Shown: positions 25,667 to 39,158, counted from the first letter of the whole stretch. The stretch is 63,072 bases of DNA, filler included, from Chiloscyllium plagiosum (GCF_004010195.1; 3 parts of one record of this genome joined end to end with filler, not necessarily neighbours in it); one strand, 5' to 3'. Made by a program: numbers and translations. Notes: generated from the sequence alone by a model not told the origin.

Positions 25667-26241
25667 ATTAAGATTGAGCCTAGGACACTAACAGGAAAAG
25701 CACCCGCTGCCACAAAACTATTCGCTGATCCCACCTTCACTGCCTTTTCAGGCAGGGAATTCCAAAGTTACACATGCCTCTTGAGGAAAAAAAAGTTCTC
25801 TCCTCTCTGACTTAACTTTTTGTCAGTGATCCCATATTCTGAACTGTCCCAGAAGAGAGAACATCCTTTCAACACCTACTTTGTCAGGATCTTATACACT
25901 TCAATCAAATCAACCTGCACTCTGCTAAAACCAGTTTCATCCTATCTAACCCTTCCTCATGAAACAACCCACTCGTTCCAGGTGTCAATCTGGTACATCT
26001 CTTCTAGGCCATTTACGTCACTCCTTAAATCGGGATACAGAACCTGCAATTTTATGTTGCGTTTTACAACCTTTTTTTTCAAATGCTATCTGAAGCATTA
26101 GTTATAGAAGTTTTCATAGAAAATTGAACCCCGAGCCGTATGCCTACACACTATTGTGGAGCTCTTCTAGCTTCGGGAATGGGAATTATGTATCAGGCTT
26201 CAGGTTTTCTCACACCTACGTAAAGCACCATCGATATGCTT

Positions 26242-26757
26242 CTACATAAGGGACACTACCTCAGTAAAGTAAAGCAACGAGCTGTGAATGCTGATAAGTT
26301 GTTTCTGTCTTTGCATCCGTGAATCCACAGTAGTGTTTTGATTGGAGTGTACCGAGCTAATCCCCTGAAATATTTTATAAATTAGATCATCCTGCCCAGA
26401 TGGTTTGATCACTGTTGCTATTGTTCCACTTGCTAGTCTTTTGGACAAATACGATATTGGATGGAGTATAAAAATGATAGCATTGACTTCTCCTGTCTCA
26501 ATTTTTGGCAAAAGAAGTTGGTCATGGTAGTTGCTACTGTCTTCACACACAGTTACCATCCATCAACATTTCATGTTGCCAAGAGTTGGTACAAGATGGG
26601 CCTCGGAAATCCAACATTTTGTTTGCATGCAAAAGTCAAAGCTCAATGGATGCATATAACGTATTGTTGTTGATGTATGTACAGTTGCTGTGGATTTAAA
26701 TAGCAGGAATATTGGAAGAATCAGGAGTTCATAAGTTGGTCCCTTGGTTTTATGACT
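26242..26757 (-). pseudogene. Possible exon or pseudo-exon with one in-frame TGA
   Basis: Acceptor gattttttttccccag|AGT. ORFs 26563-26907 and 26242-26559 share one frame separated by a single TGA. No homology recognised. Confidence 0.3.
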
Positions 26758-27114
26758 CTGGGGAAAAAAAATCACTTTGTACTTTGCCCTAGGCATATGA
26801 GAAACAAGCAAGTGATTGGAAATAAATAGAATATGAAAGCTCTCCTCTTTCAATCTTACCCAATCATGATACATTTTATGTATTTTACCAGCACATACCC
26901 CAGACAAATGGGTTTTAGTCCAAAAGTAGTTAAGGGGAAGCAGTCAATTTAATGCTTGGTCAGAAGTGCACTTTAATTTATTTTTTTTCATTCTTTCATG
27001 AGATGAGGGTATTGCTGAGTAGACCAGTACTTATTGGCCATCTTTAATTACAGTTGAGAACCTGCTTTGGACCATTTCAGTCCTCTGGGTGCAGGTGCGT
27101 TGACAGTGCAATTT

Positions 27115-27738
27115 GTTTTGTCATTTATCTCAAGAGGGTTGGAATATAAAAGCACTGTTGTGCTACTGAGACTTTATAAAGCTCTGGTTAGGCCTCATTT
27201 GGAGTACTGTGTCCAGTTTTAGTCCCACCTCAGGAAGGACATACTGGCACTGGAGTGTGTCCAGCGGAGATTCACACGGATGATCCCTGGAATGGTAGGT
27301 CTAACATATGAGGAACGGCTGAGGATCCTGGGATTGCATTCATTGGAGTTTAGAAGATTAAGGGGAGATCTAATAGAAACTTACAAGATAATACATGGTT
27401 TGGAGAGGGTGGACGCTAGGAAATTGTTTCCATTAGGCGAGGAGACTAGGACCCGTGGACACAGCCTTAGAATTAGAGGGGGTAAATTCAGAACAGAAAT
27501 GCGGAGACAGAGAGTGGTAGGCCTGTGGAATTCATTGCCGCAGAGTGCAGTGGAGGCCGGGACGCTAAATGTCTTCAAGGCAGAGATTGATAAATTTTTG
27601 ATGTCACAAGGAATTAAGGCCTACGGGGAGAATGCGGGTAAGTGGAGTTGAAATGCCCATCAGACATGATTGAATGGCGGAGTGGACTCGATGGGCCGAA
27701 TGGCCTTACTTCCACTCCTATGTCTTATGGTCTTATGG
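27115..27738 (+). mobile_element. Well-preserved CR1-type LINE 3' end
   Basis: LYKALVRPHLEYCVQF, RRLRGDLIETYKI, TRGHSLRI and WNSLPQ, with a (tcttatgg)n tail. Confidence 0.92.
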
Positions 27739-28079
27739 AATGTAGTGCACTAAGGTGCTATCTCTCGGATGCTAGTTCTGCCCTGAATGCGAATTATCAG
27801 TATGTATGTTGAGAGGGCATTGGTAAGTCTACCAGCATTTTAGAATTTCTGTTGCAGCAAAATTGAATTTACCCTGGAAAGGCTGTGAAAACTAAAACAA
27901 ATGTAGCAATATAAATGTCAGGAAGTCAAAATAAAAGTTAACATCATTTGTTAAAATAAGTCCATCAAATTAACACATTAACATGGGTCTTTTGAACAAG
28001 TTAATAAACTTGATTTTTTTAAAGTGCAACCATAAATCTTGCAACCCACCATTATATAAAACAACTAAAATGTAGATTC

Positions 28080-28700
28080 AAGATCAAAAAGACTACGAGC
28101 AGAAGTAGACCATTCAGCCCATTGAGTGTGCTCCACCATTCAATAAGATCGTGGCTGATTTGATAATCCTTAACTCCACTTTCCTGCCTTTTCCCCATAA
28201 CCCTTGATTATGTTACTGATTAAAACTCTGACTATCTCATTCTTGAGTGTACTTCATGAGCACTTGCAACAATTCTCTGCAATAAAGAATTCCACAGGTT
28301 CAGTACCCTCCGAGAGAAACTGCACAATATGCAAGCTCTAGTCTGGCGAGTGCTATGTATAGTTTTAGCAAACTTCTCTACTACTGTTTCCATTCCCTTT
28401 GAAACAAACATTCCATTTGTTTTTCCAATTGCCTGCTGAATTTGAATGCTAGATTTTTGTGATTCATGGTCGTGGTTTGCCAAATCCCTCTGAAAAATAG
28501 CTTTTCGCCGTCTTTTTTTAATTTATATAATATTCAGCTCCTCTATTCATCCTGCTAAACTGCATAATGTCACATTTCCTCACATTATATTCCATCTGCC
28601 CAGATTTTGCCTACTCACTTAACCTGTCTACATCCCTCTGCAGACTCTTTGTATCATCCTCACTACTTGTCTTCCCACCTATTTTTGTATGATCCACTAA
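28080..28700 (-). mobile_element. Degenerate CR1-type LINE fragment
   Basis: QQAIGKTNGM and RRVLNLWNSL remnants plus a 3' UTR. Confidence 0.7.
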
Positions 28701-29099
28701 CTTGCCATATTATTCCCAGAAATATGTATAGCAATTCTGATGCTTTCAGATGCACCCACCAGATTGCTTCTATTATGAGAATGCCCATTATCCTCAGTTT
28801 TCTGCTGTCAATTAATACAATACTGTGTACTCTTTCCCAGGTTACTCCAAAGTTACATTGATCCTCAGTCATGTGCTTCCAAACAACGTAAGGAAAGAAG
28901 AAAGTTATAAAACAGGTACTGTTACTCAAAATGAATATGCTGACAGAAAACATCACAACTCATAGCAAATCTTAAGGTGAATTTAAAGATAGAAATCTCA
29001 CTGTTAGTTACCTAGCTTAAGTAAAGCTCATCACCATTTACCCTACTCACAAAGGTGAAAACTGCCTCCTTTATATCCGCACCTTAACAACTCCATCAG

Positions 29100-29720
29100 T
29101 GCAGGGCCAAGAATGACCACTAAAGCCATTCAATGTATTCAGTCCAAAGAATCCTTTCCTTATCACCAGAAAGCAGATGTAAGAGTCTTGAACATCAAAC
29201 TTTCATGAAAGACAATAGCTTACAGGCCATGAAAATAACTTTGCATAGAACCAAGTACATTTAAAGCTGTATTTTAGCAGCTCTTCTATTAAGATAAAAA
29301 CTAAACTTTAAAAATCCAAATAAGGTGTACAGACCCTAAACTCATTTTTAAAAGTTACTGCCTCAGGCTTATGCACCATCAGCAATGAAAAGAACTATTG
29401 AATACAACTAGCTTCAAGTCTCAAAACAGATGAAAATACTCACTTAACAATACTGGGTTTCTCAAAAGTCTTTGACAAAGTTCCTCAAAGAGAGTTCTCC
29501 TCCAACTTTATAGAATGCTTGAGACATTATTAAGGAGATTTACTTATCAGAAGAGGACAAACAGTATGGTATGAATCATCCACTCCGAGAGATGTTCTCT
29601 CTGAATTGCCACAAAAGACTTTATTGCGGCCTTTTTTCAAAAAACAACCTTCTTCACAAAAAAGAATATGCTGTGACTACTTTCAAATTACAATATCGTT
29701 CATGCATCAGGGAAAAACTC
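29100..29720 (+). mobile_element. Highly decayed LINE RT remnant
   Basis: Around 29450, ILGFSKVFDKVPQ resembles the [12 protein letters not shown] motif. Otherwise heavily degraded. Confidence 0.45.
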
Positions 29721-29721
29721 A

Positions 29722-30110
29722 AGGGACATAGTGATGTAGTGGTAATATCATTGGGACTGGTAATCCACAGACACAAGTTAATGCTCTGAATAAATAGGTT
29801 CAAATCTCACCAACGTAGCTGGTGAAAATTGAAGATAATTAATATTTAAAAGTAATGGAATTGCAATTTAGACTCAGTAATGGTGACCAAGAAACTATGA
29901 AGGATTGTTGCAAATTCAATCTGGAACAATAATATCCTTTAGGGAAGGAAATCTGTCGTTCCCCACTTAATTTAAGCTACTTATGACTCTAGACTCTAGG
30001 TTGACTGTTAACAGCCCTTTCAAATCACTTAGCAATCCATTCAGTTCAAGGGTAGTTAAGGATGGACAAGAAATGTTGGCTTTGTGATGCCAACATTCCG
30101 TGAAAGAATG
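29722..30110 (+). mobile_element. SacSINE1-like Deu-domain SINE
   Basis: tRNA-like head (gtgatgtagtggtaat...ggttcaaatctc), core aatatcctttagggaaggaaatctg, and the same tail as 10797-11152. Confidence 0.65.
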
Positions 30111-30525
30111 CCCACTCTCAGATCATCTTCTGGAATTTCAGAAATGGCAAGACAAAAGAAGATAGTCTTTAATGTCAAAAATTGGTGTGTCATGTGCAAT
30201 ACAAATAAAAAAGATCCACCAAAAGATAAACTTTAAGTTTTATAATTAAATTCCAGGACAAGTAAATACATAACCTGGTCATTCATCTTAAAACAGTCTT
30301 CAGTGGCGATTCCACATTCAGCAGATTTCTTCCAAAACAAATTGGGTTCTCAGATTTCTATGTGTAATGGGAATCAGTATGGCAAAGGAGGGAGAAAATA
30401 GACTGACCATGTCCAAATAATTATGGACTGGATTCGTGAAAATTGATTGATACAAGCTATCTCCTGTCTTCTGTCAATAACATTGCGTGGTCAGGCCACC
30501 CACATGAATTACAGAGATGATTTGA

Positions 30526-30846
30526 TTAGATTAAATTAGATTCTCTACAGTGTGGAAACAGGCTATTTGGCCCAACAAGTCCATACCGACCCTCCAAAGG
30601 GTAATCCTCCCAGACCCATTTCCCTCTGATTAATGCACCTAATACTATGGGTAATTTAGCGTGGCCACTTCCCCTAACCTGTACATCTTTGGATTGTGGG
30701 AGAAAACCAGAACATCCAGAGGAAACGCACGCAGACATGGGCCAAACATGCAAACTCCACACAGACAGTCACCTGAGGTTGGAATTGAACCCAGATCCCT
30801 AGTTCTGTGAGGCAGCGATGTTAACCACTGAGCCACCATGCCACCC
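30526..30846 (-). mobile_element. Full-length HE1-type SINE
   Basis: ggcatggtggctcagtggttaaca...ggttcaattcc head, V-domain (ggagtttgcatg...ggttttctcccacaatccaaagatgt) and tail gcctgtttccacactgtag + (aatct)n. Confidence 0.9.
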
Positions 30847-32674
30847 ATTTGTTTACAAGACAGAGTATCACCAATTTTTCCAAGTATAATCCCAAAACTT
30901 CATGATGAGCACCATGGCTACAGTAAGGAGGCAGATCCCAAATCTACCCTAGCTGGAGCAGCAATCAAACTCCATGCTGAATCAAGCCTGAAAAAGAGTG
31001 TTTGAAGATCAAGATCTCAAACAAAAGATCAAGGTGATGATTTACTGGGCAGTAGTGATCTCTGTGCTTCAGAGGTTCAGACAACCTACAAAAGGTATCT
31101 CATAGCACCTGAGAAGTACTAACAGTGATGTTTTTTTCAAGATTGCCCAAATCCGTGACAAGAATGGTGATCCAAGAGCAGCACTCTCTCCCAAGCCAGC
31201 CTGCAATTGTGAGGCAAGCTTTGAAATTAATTTCTCATGCCATGATCTGAAACTTAATTTGCTAATCAGATCAGGTGTCTTTTCCCCAACAACTTCCAAT
31301 ACTTTCTTTCTCATTTTCTTTCTTTGAAAACAGCTCAGGTAGCCCTTTTTAGACAACAATAACTCATTGGATACATCCTACTACCACACAGTCCAATTTA
31401 AGTTACAAGGAGCAAGTTTAAGTCAATGTCCAGTATTCTCCTCAAAAATGGAAAATTGGGTGAAGGTCTCTGGAATATTAAGAGGGTGCATCAACAAAAA
31501 TTCCTCAAATGTTGAATGCAGTTCCTCTCACACCTTTGTCTGAAAAGGGACCAAAAACAGCCAAGGGTAAAACAAAGAAGAGAGATTAATTTAACTAAAT
31601 AAAATTTTGCTAAAGGTAGTCTCATTCTGAACTAGTTGACAACTCTAAAAGATGTTATTCCAATTTTACTCTGATTTAGCTTTGGTGAGCATAATGAATA
31701 AAACTATTTTGAAGCATATTTGCTGCAGCAAGGACAGTCAATGGGTCAGAATTTCAGTGAGATTTTCCAAAACAATGGAGAAGCAATTGGTTTAAGTCCT
31801 ATTTCATCTGGAGTTCTGATGATCTCTTGCAAGAAATTTGGGAGAAATCCTAATGGAAAGTTCAGGTGAATTGTACACAGGAATTAGAAGAAGAAACTGC
31901 AAATGCTGGGAAACTGAAAATGTACAGCATGACATGAAAATAGCCTGATAACGCAGCCATTAGTTACATAATGCTTCTGAAGGTTGAATGATTAGAGCTA
32001 TTTAAACAAGGTAGAGAAAAATAAACAAGCATACAGGAGCATGAACGATATTGCTATGTAACATTAGCCATAAAGTGCAAATGGCGATGTACCTTCATGC
32101 AACTGTTCAAAAAAAAGGCACTAAGGTGGAAAGAGATTACCCATACTAATAAATTAGTTGTTTCTCAAAGGGTACAAATGATTTTAAAAAAGCACTTCAC
32201 TGATCAATTAATAACATAAACCTATTGTGCTGGGAAAGCTCTATCCCTAAAAGGGATTCATTCTCGAGAATAATTAAAAATAGGAAATGCGAGAAATACT
32301 CAGCAGGGATGGGAGCATCTGCAGAGAGAATTAGGTCCAGTGGGCCTTTCCTGCTGGCTGTCAACACGGTAAGAAAACACGTCAGAAATGTTGACAACTA
32401 GAAAAATGTTGACATTAAAACAGAAAGATTTCAGGCAAAAAAAAGTATGCAGTCAAGTAGTGAGCAAATATTTTGACCAAGTCAAACAAGGTAATAAGAT
32501 ACAGGGGCAGAGCACATTCATAAAACTTTTATTTTTCGGAAAAGTAATGCACTTTGCCAATAAGAATTCAGCCAAAATAAATTTATTTCCCAAGTCTATA
32601 TTTTTCAGTAAAATGCCTAAAATAAACTCATCAGCAGCTTATCTGTAGCTATGATGTTCATGACTATTATTATT

Positions 32675-32970
32675 GATTGATTGATTTATTGTTGTCACAT
32701 ATACTGTCAGTGAAAAGTGTTGTTTTGTGTGCTTATACAGGCAGACCATACAATGCAAAGTGCATCAGGGCAGCAGAACAGAGATCAGTGTATAGTGTTA
32801 CAGTCGCAGAGAAGGTGCAGAGAGAGAGAGATCAGAATTAACATTTGAGAGGTCAGTTCAAGAGTCTGATAACAGCAGGGAAGAAGCTGTTCTGAATCTA
32901 TTCGTACATGTATTCAAACATCATTATCTTTTACCCGACGAAAGAAAGTAGAACAGAGTATAGCTGGGAA
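32675..32970 (-). mobile_element. Rex1/Babar-like LINE 3' end
   Basis: Minus-strand aacagcttcttccctgctgttatcagactcttgaac (NSFFPAVIRLLN) and tail tgtgacaacaataaa(tcaa)n. Confidence 0.65.
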
Positions 32971-34316
32971 TAGATATTATTATTATTATTATTTTTATTT
33001 AGAAACTTAGGTTTTAAAGTGGAAGAGCCCTATATAATTTGAAGTTCCATTTGTGTTTCCATATTGAGTATGTTAAGAAGGGAAGACGTTGTTGTAGTTT
33101 CATTTTTGATTTATGCTGTGTGCCGTGCCAGGGTGGCTGGATTTTAGTGAAACCTGAATTATCTTGAGGATTTACAACCTTCATGTTGGTCTTGTGTGTA
33201 GTTCAGTATATTGAAAAAACAAATATGTTACACATTTAAAACAAAAACTGCTGTTTCCTCTGACAGTTTAGTATTATCAAAATATATACCATTCAGAAGG
33301 TCAGGTAATATGTTCCTGTTCAGTCAGAGATGAAGACCAGTACTAGTTTATCAGCCACCAAAGCAGTCAGGGTTAGCAAAAAAGTACTGAGTTACTTGAA
33401 AGAAAATCCAGCAATTCAGTAAATCAGTGTCAATTGATATTAGACAGTGAAGGCAGACATGCTAAGCTTGTACAAAGATTGCAGGAAGCTGAGTGTAGAG
33501 ACAACCCACTTGTTAGCTCTGAACGTGTTTAGAAATCAGGAAGAATAAATCACTAGAAATAATTACAGCTGTGCCAACCAAACAAGTAACTTTAAAATGG
33601 AAACAAGTAGGTACCTCATTGAGGTTTGAACACCTAAAAGGTTGTTATTGATTGTAAAAGGGTTGACTCTTTAGTTTATATTATAGTAAGACTGTTTCAA
33701 ACAATTCTTGCATAGTGTAATATAGTTAGTGTTTTGTCTTGTTATATGCAATAAAAGCTTGTGTTCTTCTGTTGAAAGTGTATTGTTGACAGTCTCTTGT
33801 GAATATGTTCAATAATTGGCCATCTCAGTAAACAAATAGCAGAAACAAATCTTTTAGTCTATCAAGCCAGGTTTCACTTTGGGTTCTGACTTGTCCAGCA
33901 ATACCATCAACTGGGATCATAATATATAACCTTGCCACACCGCCACCTCATTAATTATTGAAGTACCAAACAGCTTATATAAATAAATGAACCAATTACT
34001 GAGGAGACTCCTGAGGAACCAGAATGACCTCACCAAACTCTTGACCATTTTTAATTATGTAGTCCCAGAAAATTGCTTATCGTCCCTCATGAGCTTATCA
34101 CTTATCAATTTGAGAAAGCAACAAGTATCTTATTTAGCATTTCTGGATGAAGGAGTCAATCTATCTATTAGTAGTCAATATACATCTCCCATTATCTGGG
34201 CTCACATGGTCTGTGCAGTAGGATGGCCAAGAGACCAGAGAAAGTTGTTTTACCACAACTTCATCATACTTTAAATGCTTGCTGTTATCATCAGGATGCT
34301 ATTGGACTGCGCCAAC

Positions 34317-34455
34317 CTTGTTGCTTCCATCTTGTTAGGAGGAGAAAGATTGGAACTAGAAGTGCTTAGAACATTCTGGAGTTTTAAGAAGCAAGGGGCG
34401 TGAGAATTAATCGCGACATCAAAGGCAAGTCATGAGTTTATTGGCCGGCGCGTAT
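34317..34455 (-). promoter_or_regulatory. CpG-containing promoter-like patch and possible first exon
   Basis: GC-box-like GGGGCGTG at 34395, TCGCGA at 34411, CCAAT (ATTGG at 34440) next to CCGGCGCG, all in a CpG-poor background. Downstream on the minus strand: aagATGGAAGCAACAAG|gttggc. Confidence 0.35.
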
Positions 34456-34784
34456 TTTTGTCTAGGGATTAAGGTGAAAAAACTAGGAAAGAGAAAATAT
34501 TAAAAATATTGGGTGAAGTTAGACCATAAGATACAGGAACAGAATTGGAAATTCGGCCTATCAAGTCTGCTCCACCATCCAATCATGGCTGATAGATTTT
34601 TCAACCCTCTCGTCCAACCTCTCCCTAGAACCTTTGGTCCCTTTAGTAATCAGTAAAACTTTGCTTCCCTATATTTAGATGATGTTAAGTGAGGGGAGGT
34701 GAGTAGTTGGTGAATCTAACCTTTTATTTTTAGATTTATTACTACTGACAGAGTGTATCAATACAAGGATTTGTAAAATTCATT

Positions 34785-35560
34785 CATGCTATCTAGCCAT
34801 CACTCGTTTGGCCACCATTTATTGCCTCCCTCACGTTGCCTTTGAGAAGCCAGTGGTGAGCTGCATCTTGAACTGCTGCAATCCATGTACTGCAGATAGC
34901 CCCCTCTACAATATCGTTAGGAAGAGAATTGCAGGATTCTGATCCTGCGACAGTGAAGGAATGGATGTATATTTCCAAGTCAGATCCTGAGTGACTTAGA
35001 GGAGAATTCGCAGGTAGTGTTGCTCCTGACAATCTGCTTTCCTTGATGTTTTAGTGGCAGTGATGGTGTATCCGGAAGATGCTGTCTAAGATGCCTTGGT
35101 GAATGTTTTCAGTGCATCTTGTATATGGTACACACTGCGGCTACTGAGTGACGGTGGTGAAGGCAGTGAATGCTTGGAGATATTGAGCCAATCAAGTGGA
35201 CTGCTTTTCCTGGATGGCATCAAGTCTCTTGAATGTTTTGGAGGTGCACTCATGCAAGGAAGTAGAGAATATTTCCATCACACTCTTGAACTGTGCCTTG
35301 AACGTGGTGGACAGGCTTTGGGGAGTTAGGAGATGAATGGCCCACTGCAGGATTCCTCGCCTCTGACTTGATCTTTTAGCCACAGCATTGATATGGCGAA
35401 TCCAGTTGAGTTTCTAGTCAATGGTAACCCAGGATATTTAAAATGGAGGATTCAATGATAGTTACACTAGTGAATGTCAAGGGGAAATGGTTAGATTCTC
35501 TCCTGTTGGAGTTGATTATTGCCTTGAACTTATGTGGTGTTACTTGCCCACTTGTTAGCC
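34785..35560 (-). mobile_element. CR1/L2-type LINE 3' fragment (Deu-SINE partner tail)
   Basis: FKAQFKSVME.S...KRLDAIQEK and SFTVAGSESCNSLP remnants, with the shared tail. Confidence 0.75.
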
Positions 35561-37082
35561 CTATTCGCAGCAAAATTATATATATTTGTAAGGTTTCTTG
35601 ATAGTTTTAAGGTTTATGAATATTTGTAAGATTTATTAGCACAGTTTAAGCTTCTTAATAGTATGTTTTATTAATGTTGGAAGGTTTTATTGACTTAGTA
35701 AGGTTTATTTGCAGTAACAATATTTCTTATCCAATAAAGGAATAGTAGGGCTGCTCTGACATCCAAGCTGACCATTCTGTGCTATGTGGGAACTTCATGA
35801 TATTTCCCTTGTCCTGGATAACAATTAGTGCAGTTAGTATTATCAGTTGCAGCTGATTGAGGTCAAAGTTTCAGAACAACAGCTGGTGTTACTGTAGTGC
35901 ATGGATTGTATTGTGCAAACCTTGTCTTTTTATTTTAGTGCCTTTCAAAGCTATGGTCTGCCAGGAGAAATTATTTTTTAGAAAGCATGAATTCACCAGG
36001 AGAGTTGCATAATTTCACAGCAAGTATTGCGATACCTACTATGAACTGTTTCTCGTGACAGTGGGTTCCTGCAATGTACAGATAATCAGGAGCCAAGGAG
36101 CTGTTTACACCCCAGTCCAACACCGGCCTCTCCAAATCATGTTTACAAATGAAGCGATTTGGTTCTCAACTAACTGAGCAGACGCATACACAGAGAGGGA
36201 TAGATACAGAAGGATGTGCAGTTGTTCTCCACTAAAATGTTGCCTGTTCTCTGCAATAAATAAAACTCAGTTTAAACTTGAAGAAAACCAGTTACCTTTC
36301 CTGCAGCAATTGCTGTGATTTCTGACTTTTGAAAAGATAAATCAGAGACATTTCCAAGTGAATCAATCACTCATGCTTCTTTAAAACCAGTGGACGCTTA
36401 CAGAGAAAGACAATTGACCATCAATTGACTGACCAGCTGAAGACAAGAAAGTTTCTGAGAAGTGAAAATACAAGGAATGTGAGAAGATCTTACATAAAAG
36501 GCGGTCTCAAAGCGTTCTATAAATATATAAAGACAAAATGTTTGGTAAATGGAAGAATTGTGCCATTATGGACTAAAATAGGGTTTTATTGACAGAATCA
36601 AAGGCATAACTGAGGTATTAAATTAACACTTTGTGTTATATCTCACAGATTGCCACTGCTGGTCATAGTTAGCACCTTATCTAATATGGGGATGGGTAAA
36701 TATTGTTCTGAGGTAGATCGTTGCCACCCATTGTCCTTTCTATTTGCTTTGTTTCAGGCCTTTTAGTGATTAGTGGTAGAGGATACAAAACTATAAGTGG
36801 TGTCAAGAAAAGATACTGTTCTTAGATAACAACGTCTATTGCAAGATAGCAATAATTAGAACTATATTTGGTCAGGCATATTTACTAGGACCTTAGGGAC
36901 CTATTACACATATATCTTCTTTCTCCAAAGGCAAGAGTAGGACTCACATATCTACCCACAGATGATGTTTGATATCAGTGAAATAGGTGGAGCTAATGTA
37001 ACCTGAATATTAATCCCTTTAGAAACATACCTTTTTACAACACTTTACATGCGTCTTCACCAAGCAGATTTTTTTTTTGTTT

Positions 37083-37525
37083 TTTTTCATTTATTTGTGG
37101 GACACGAACATTGCTGGCTGGGCCAGCACTTATTTGGCCAATGCTAACTGGCCTTGAGAAGATGGTGGTGAGCTGCCCTCTTGAACTGCTGCAGTCCTTG
37201 AGGTGTAAGTGCAACCACAATGCTGTTAGGAAAGGTGTTACATGATATATTTTACTCAGAAAGGGTTAAAGAATGGTAATATAGTTCCAAGTCAGAAACA
37301 TGTGAAGGTTGATGGGGATGTGGTGATGGTTCTGTTCCCATACATCCACTGCCATTATCCTTCTAGATGGTAAAGGTTGCAGATTGGAAGATGCTGTTGG
37401 AGGAGCCTGACTGAGTTACTCGAGTGCATCTTGTAGATGGTACAGACTGCTGACACTGCCCTTCAGTGGTGAAGGGAACAATGTTAAGGGTGATGCCAAT
37501 TAAGCAGGCTTCTATGTCCTGGATA
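37083..37525 (-). mobile_element. CR1/L2-type LINE 3' fragment
   Basis: Same tail and C-terminal motifs as 34785-35560. Confidence 0.7.
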
Positions 37526-37551
37526 ATCAGTCCTTACCTTTCCAAATATCT

Positions 37552-37709
37552 TTCGATTGTGGGAGGAAACCAGAGCACCTGGGAAAAACCCACGCAGACA
37601 CAGGGACAATGTACAAACTCCACACAGACAGTCACCCAAGGCTGGAACTGAACCTGGATCCCTGGTGCCGTGAGGTAGCAGTGCTAACCACAGAGTCACT
37701 GTGCCACCC
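37552..37709 (-). mobile_element. HE1-type SINE (5' half)
   Basis: tRNA-like head and V-domain, as in 30526-30846. Confidence 0.85.
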
Positions 37710-38951
37710 TTATTCTTTATTTCAGGAGAAGGCAGCCCATAGCAGGGCAGAAAGAGCCTGTACAAATGGAAGGTCCCTGACACTGGACTCCACACCCCGT
37801 ATGGAGAGCAAATCCTGACCTTTTTCAGGGACCACTCCAGCAGGGATGCCAAAACATCCATGTCCCACGAATCAAGTAAAAAAGTCAGAGTGAGAACCTG
37901 ACGACTCCAGTTTGCTGCTTACTCCTCTGGCCCTCCAACATCTTGAAATATGTTCCAGGGAAGTGGCTGTGTATCCAGTAGGAACTCGAGCTCCCTGTCA
38001 GCAAAGTGGGATTCTAATTTACCTCTGTCTTGTGTCCAGGGCAAATAAAACAAACCGTAGAGTACAAATGCCAGTGTTCAATCAGATGCATTTCTAGGCT
38101 GTTAGGATGGTACAAGGAGCTCCCAGCAGTAGCTAGCACTGTCATCTATGGACTGTGGCAGAATATGATGAGGAGTTGCCATAGGGATGGGGTGCATGAG
38201 TAATGAGGTGAGTTTGGGAAGATTGTATGAGAAAACTTGCAAGGGCTTGTAGAGAGAAACCCCCCATGAAACCTGCCAAGAAATGACACTTACTCAACTT
38301 CTGGTAAGATTCAGCCTGATATATTACAAAACAAAACAGCAGAAAGAGTGGAAAGGTCCGGTTATAGATAGTGATGGATAAACAATAACTCAAAGGATGG
38401 CAACCAAATTGTTAGGGCACATTCCTCAAAGTTAATTGGCATTGATTACGCCTCCAAAATCTGAAAAAAAATCATAGAAAATATCATGTACTTCACATAC
38501 ACATAGGTTGCTCAATTATAATAGATGAAAGATTGAATGAATTGGAACAAAGTAATAAAAAGACATAGGACAAGGTTATTTTTTCCAGAGGGCAACAATC
38601 AAAATGTGACACCAAAGAAACATATATGCACAAAGCCAACAATGTACTGAGGAGTGCCAACATTACCATTGCCAAGCAAAACAATTGGAGAGCTGGAAAG
38701 AATTTTGTATACATACCGAGGTACCAGAAAGGAACAATCAGACTTATCATCCAGATGTATATTAGCAAAATAAGTACTCAATGATGGGAGATATAAGGCT
38801 AAAGCTCAGGGTTTAAGAAAATAAATGTGATCAAGGTTTTCTGACTGCTGAAAAAGCCATCTTGAAGGTTTTCTTAGTTATTTTAGCAACATACTCCTGG
38901 GAATGTAAGTCAACCAATACAAAAGATGTATGAAAGTTTCAAAGTGAAGTG

Positions 38952-39158
38952 TAGGCAGTCCCCATGTTATGGATGGATTCCGATCTTGAGTACATTCCTA
39001 AGTCAAATCAGGACATTGTATAATATAATATAAAATAGCCATTCATAAGTATGAGAAAACATTTGTATGTTGGATCTTTAAAATGAATATGATTAAGGGA
39101 TCTCCTCTGTCAGTTCAAAAGTTTGTAAGTCAGATATTTGTAAATTGGGGACTGCCTG
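38952..39158. mobile_element. MITE with Tc1/mariner(pogo/Tigger)-like termini
   Basis: Perfect 12-bp terminal inverted repeat AGGCAGTCCCCA (38953) / TGGGGACTGCCT (39146). The right end ...CCTG is followed by TA. Confidence 0.7.

Noticed and set aside
20160..26757. Selenoprotein interpretation of in-frame TGAs near Cys-rich peptides
   Set aside because: TAA and TAG stops occur in the same frames, no SECIS was seen, and there is no resemblance to selenoproteins I know.
33000..33925. Possible solo LTR (AATAAA, end ...ctgggatcataata)
   Set aside because: No clear TG...CA termini, target duplication or second copy in the window.
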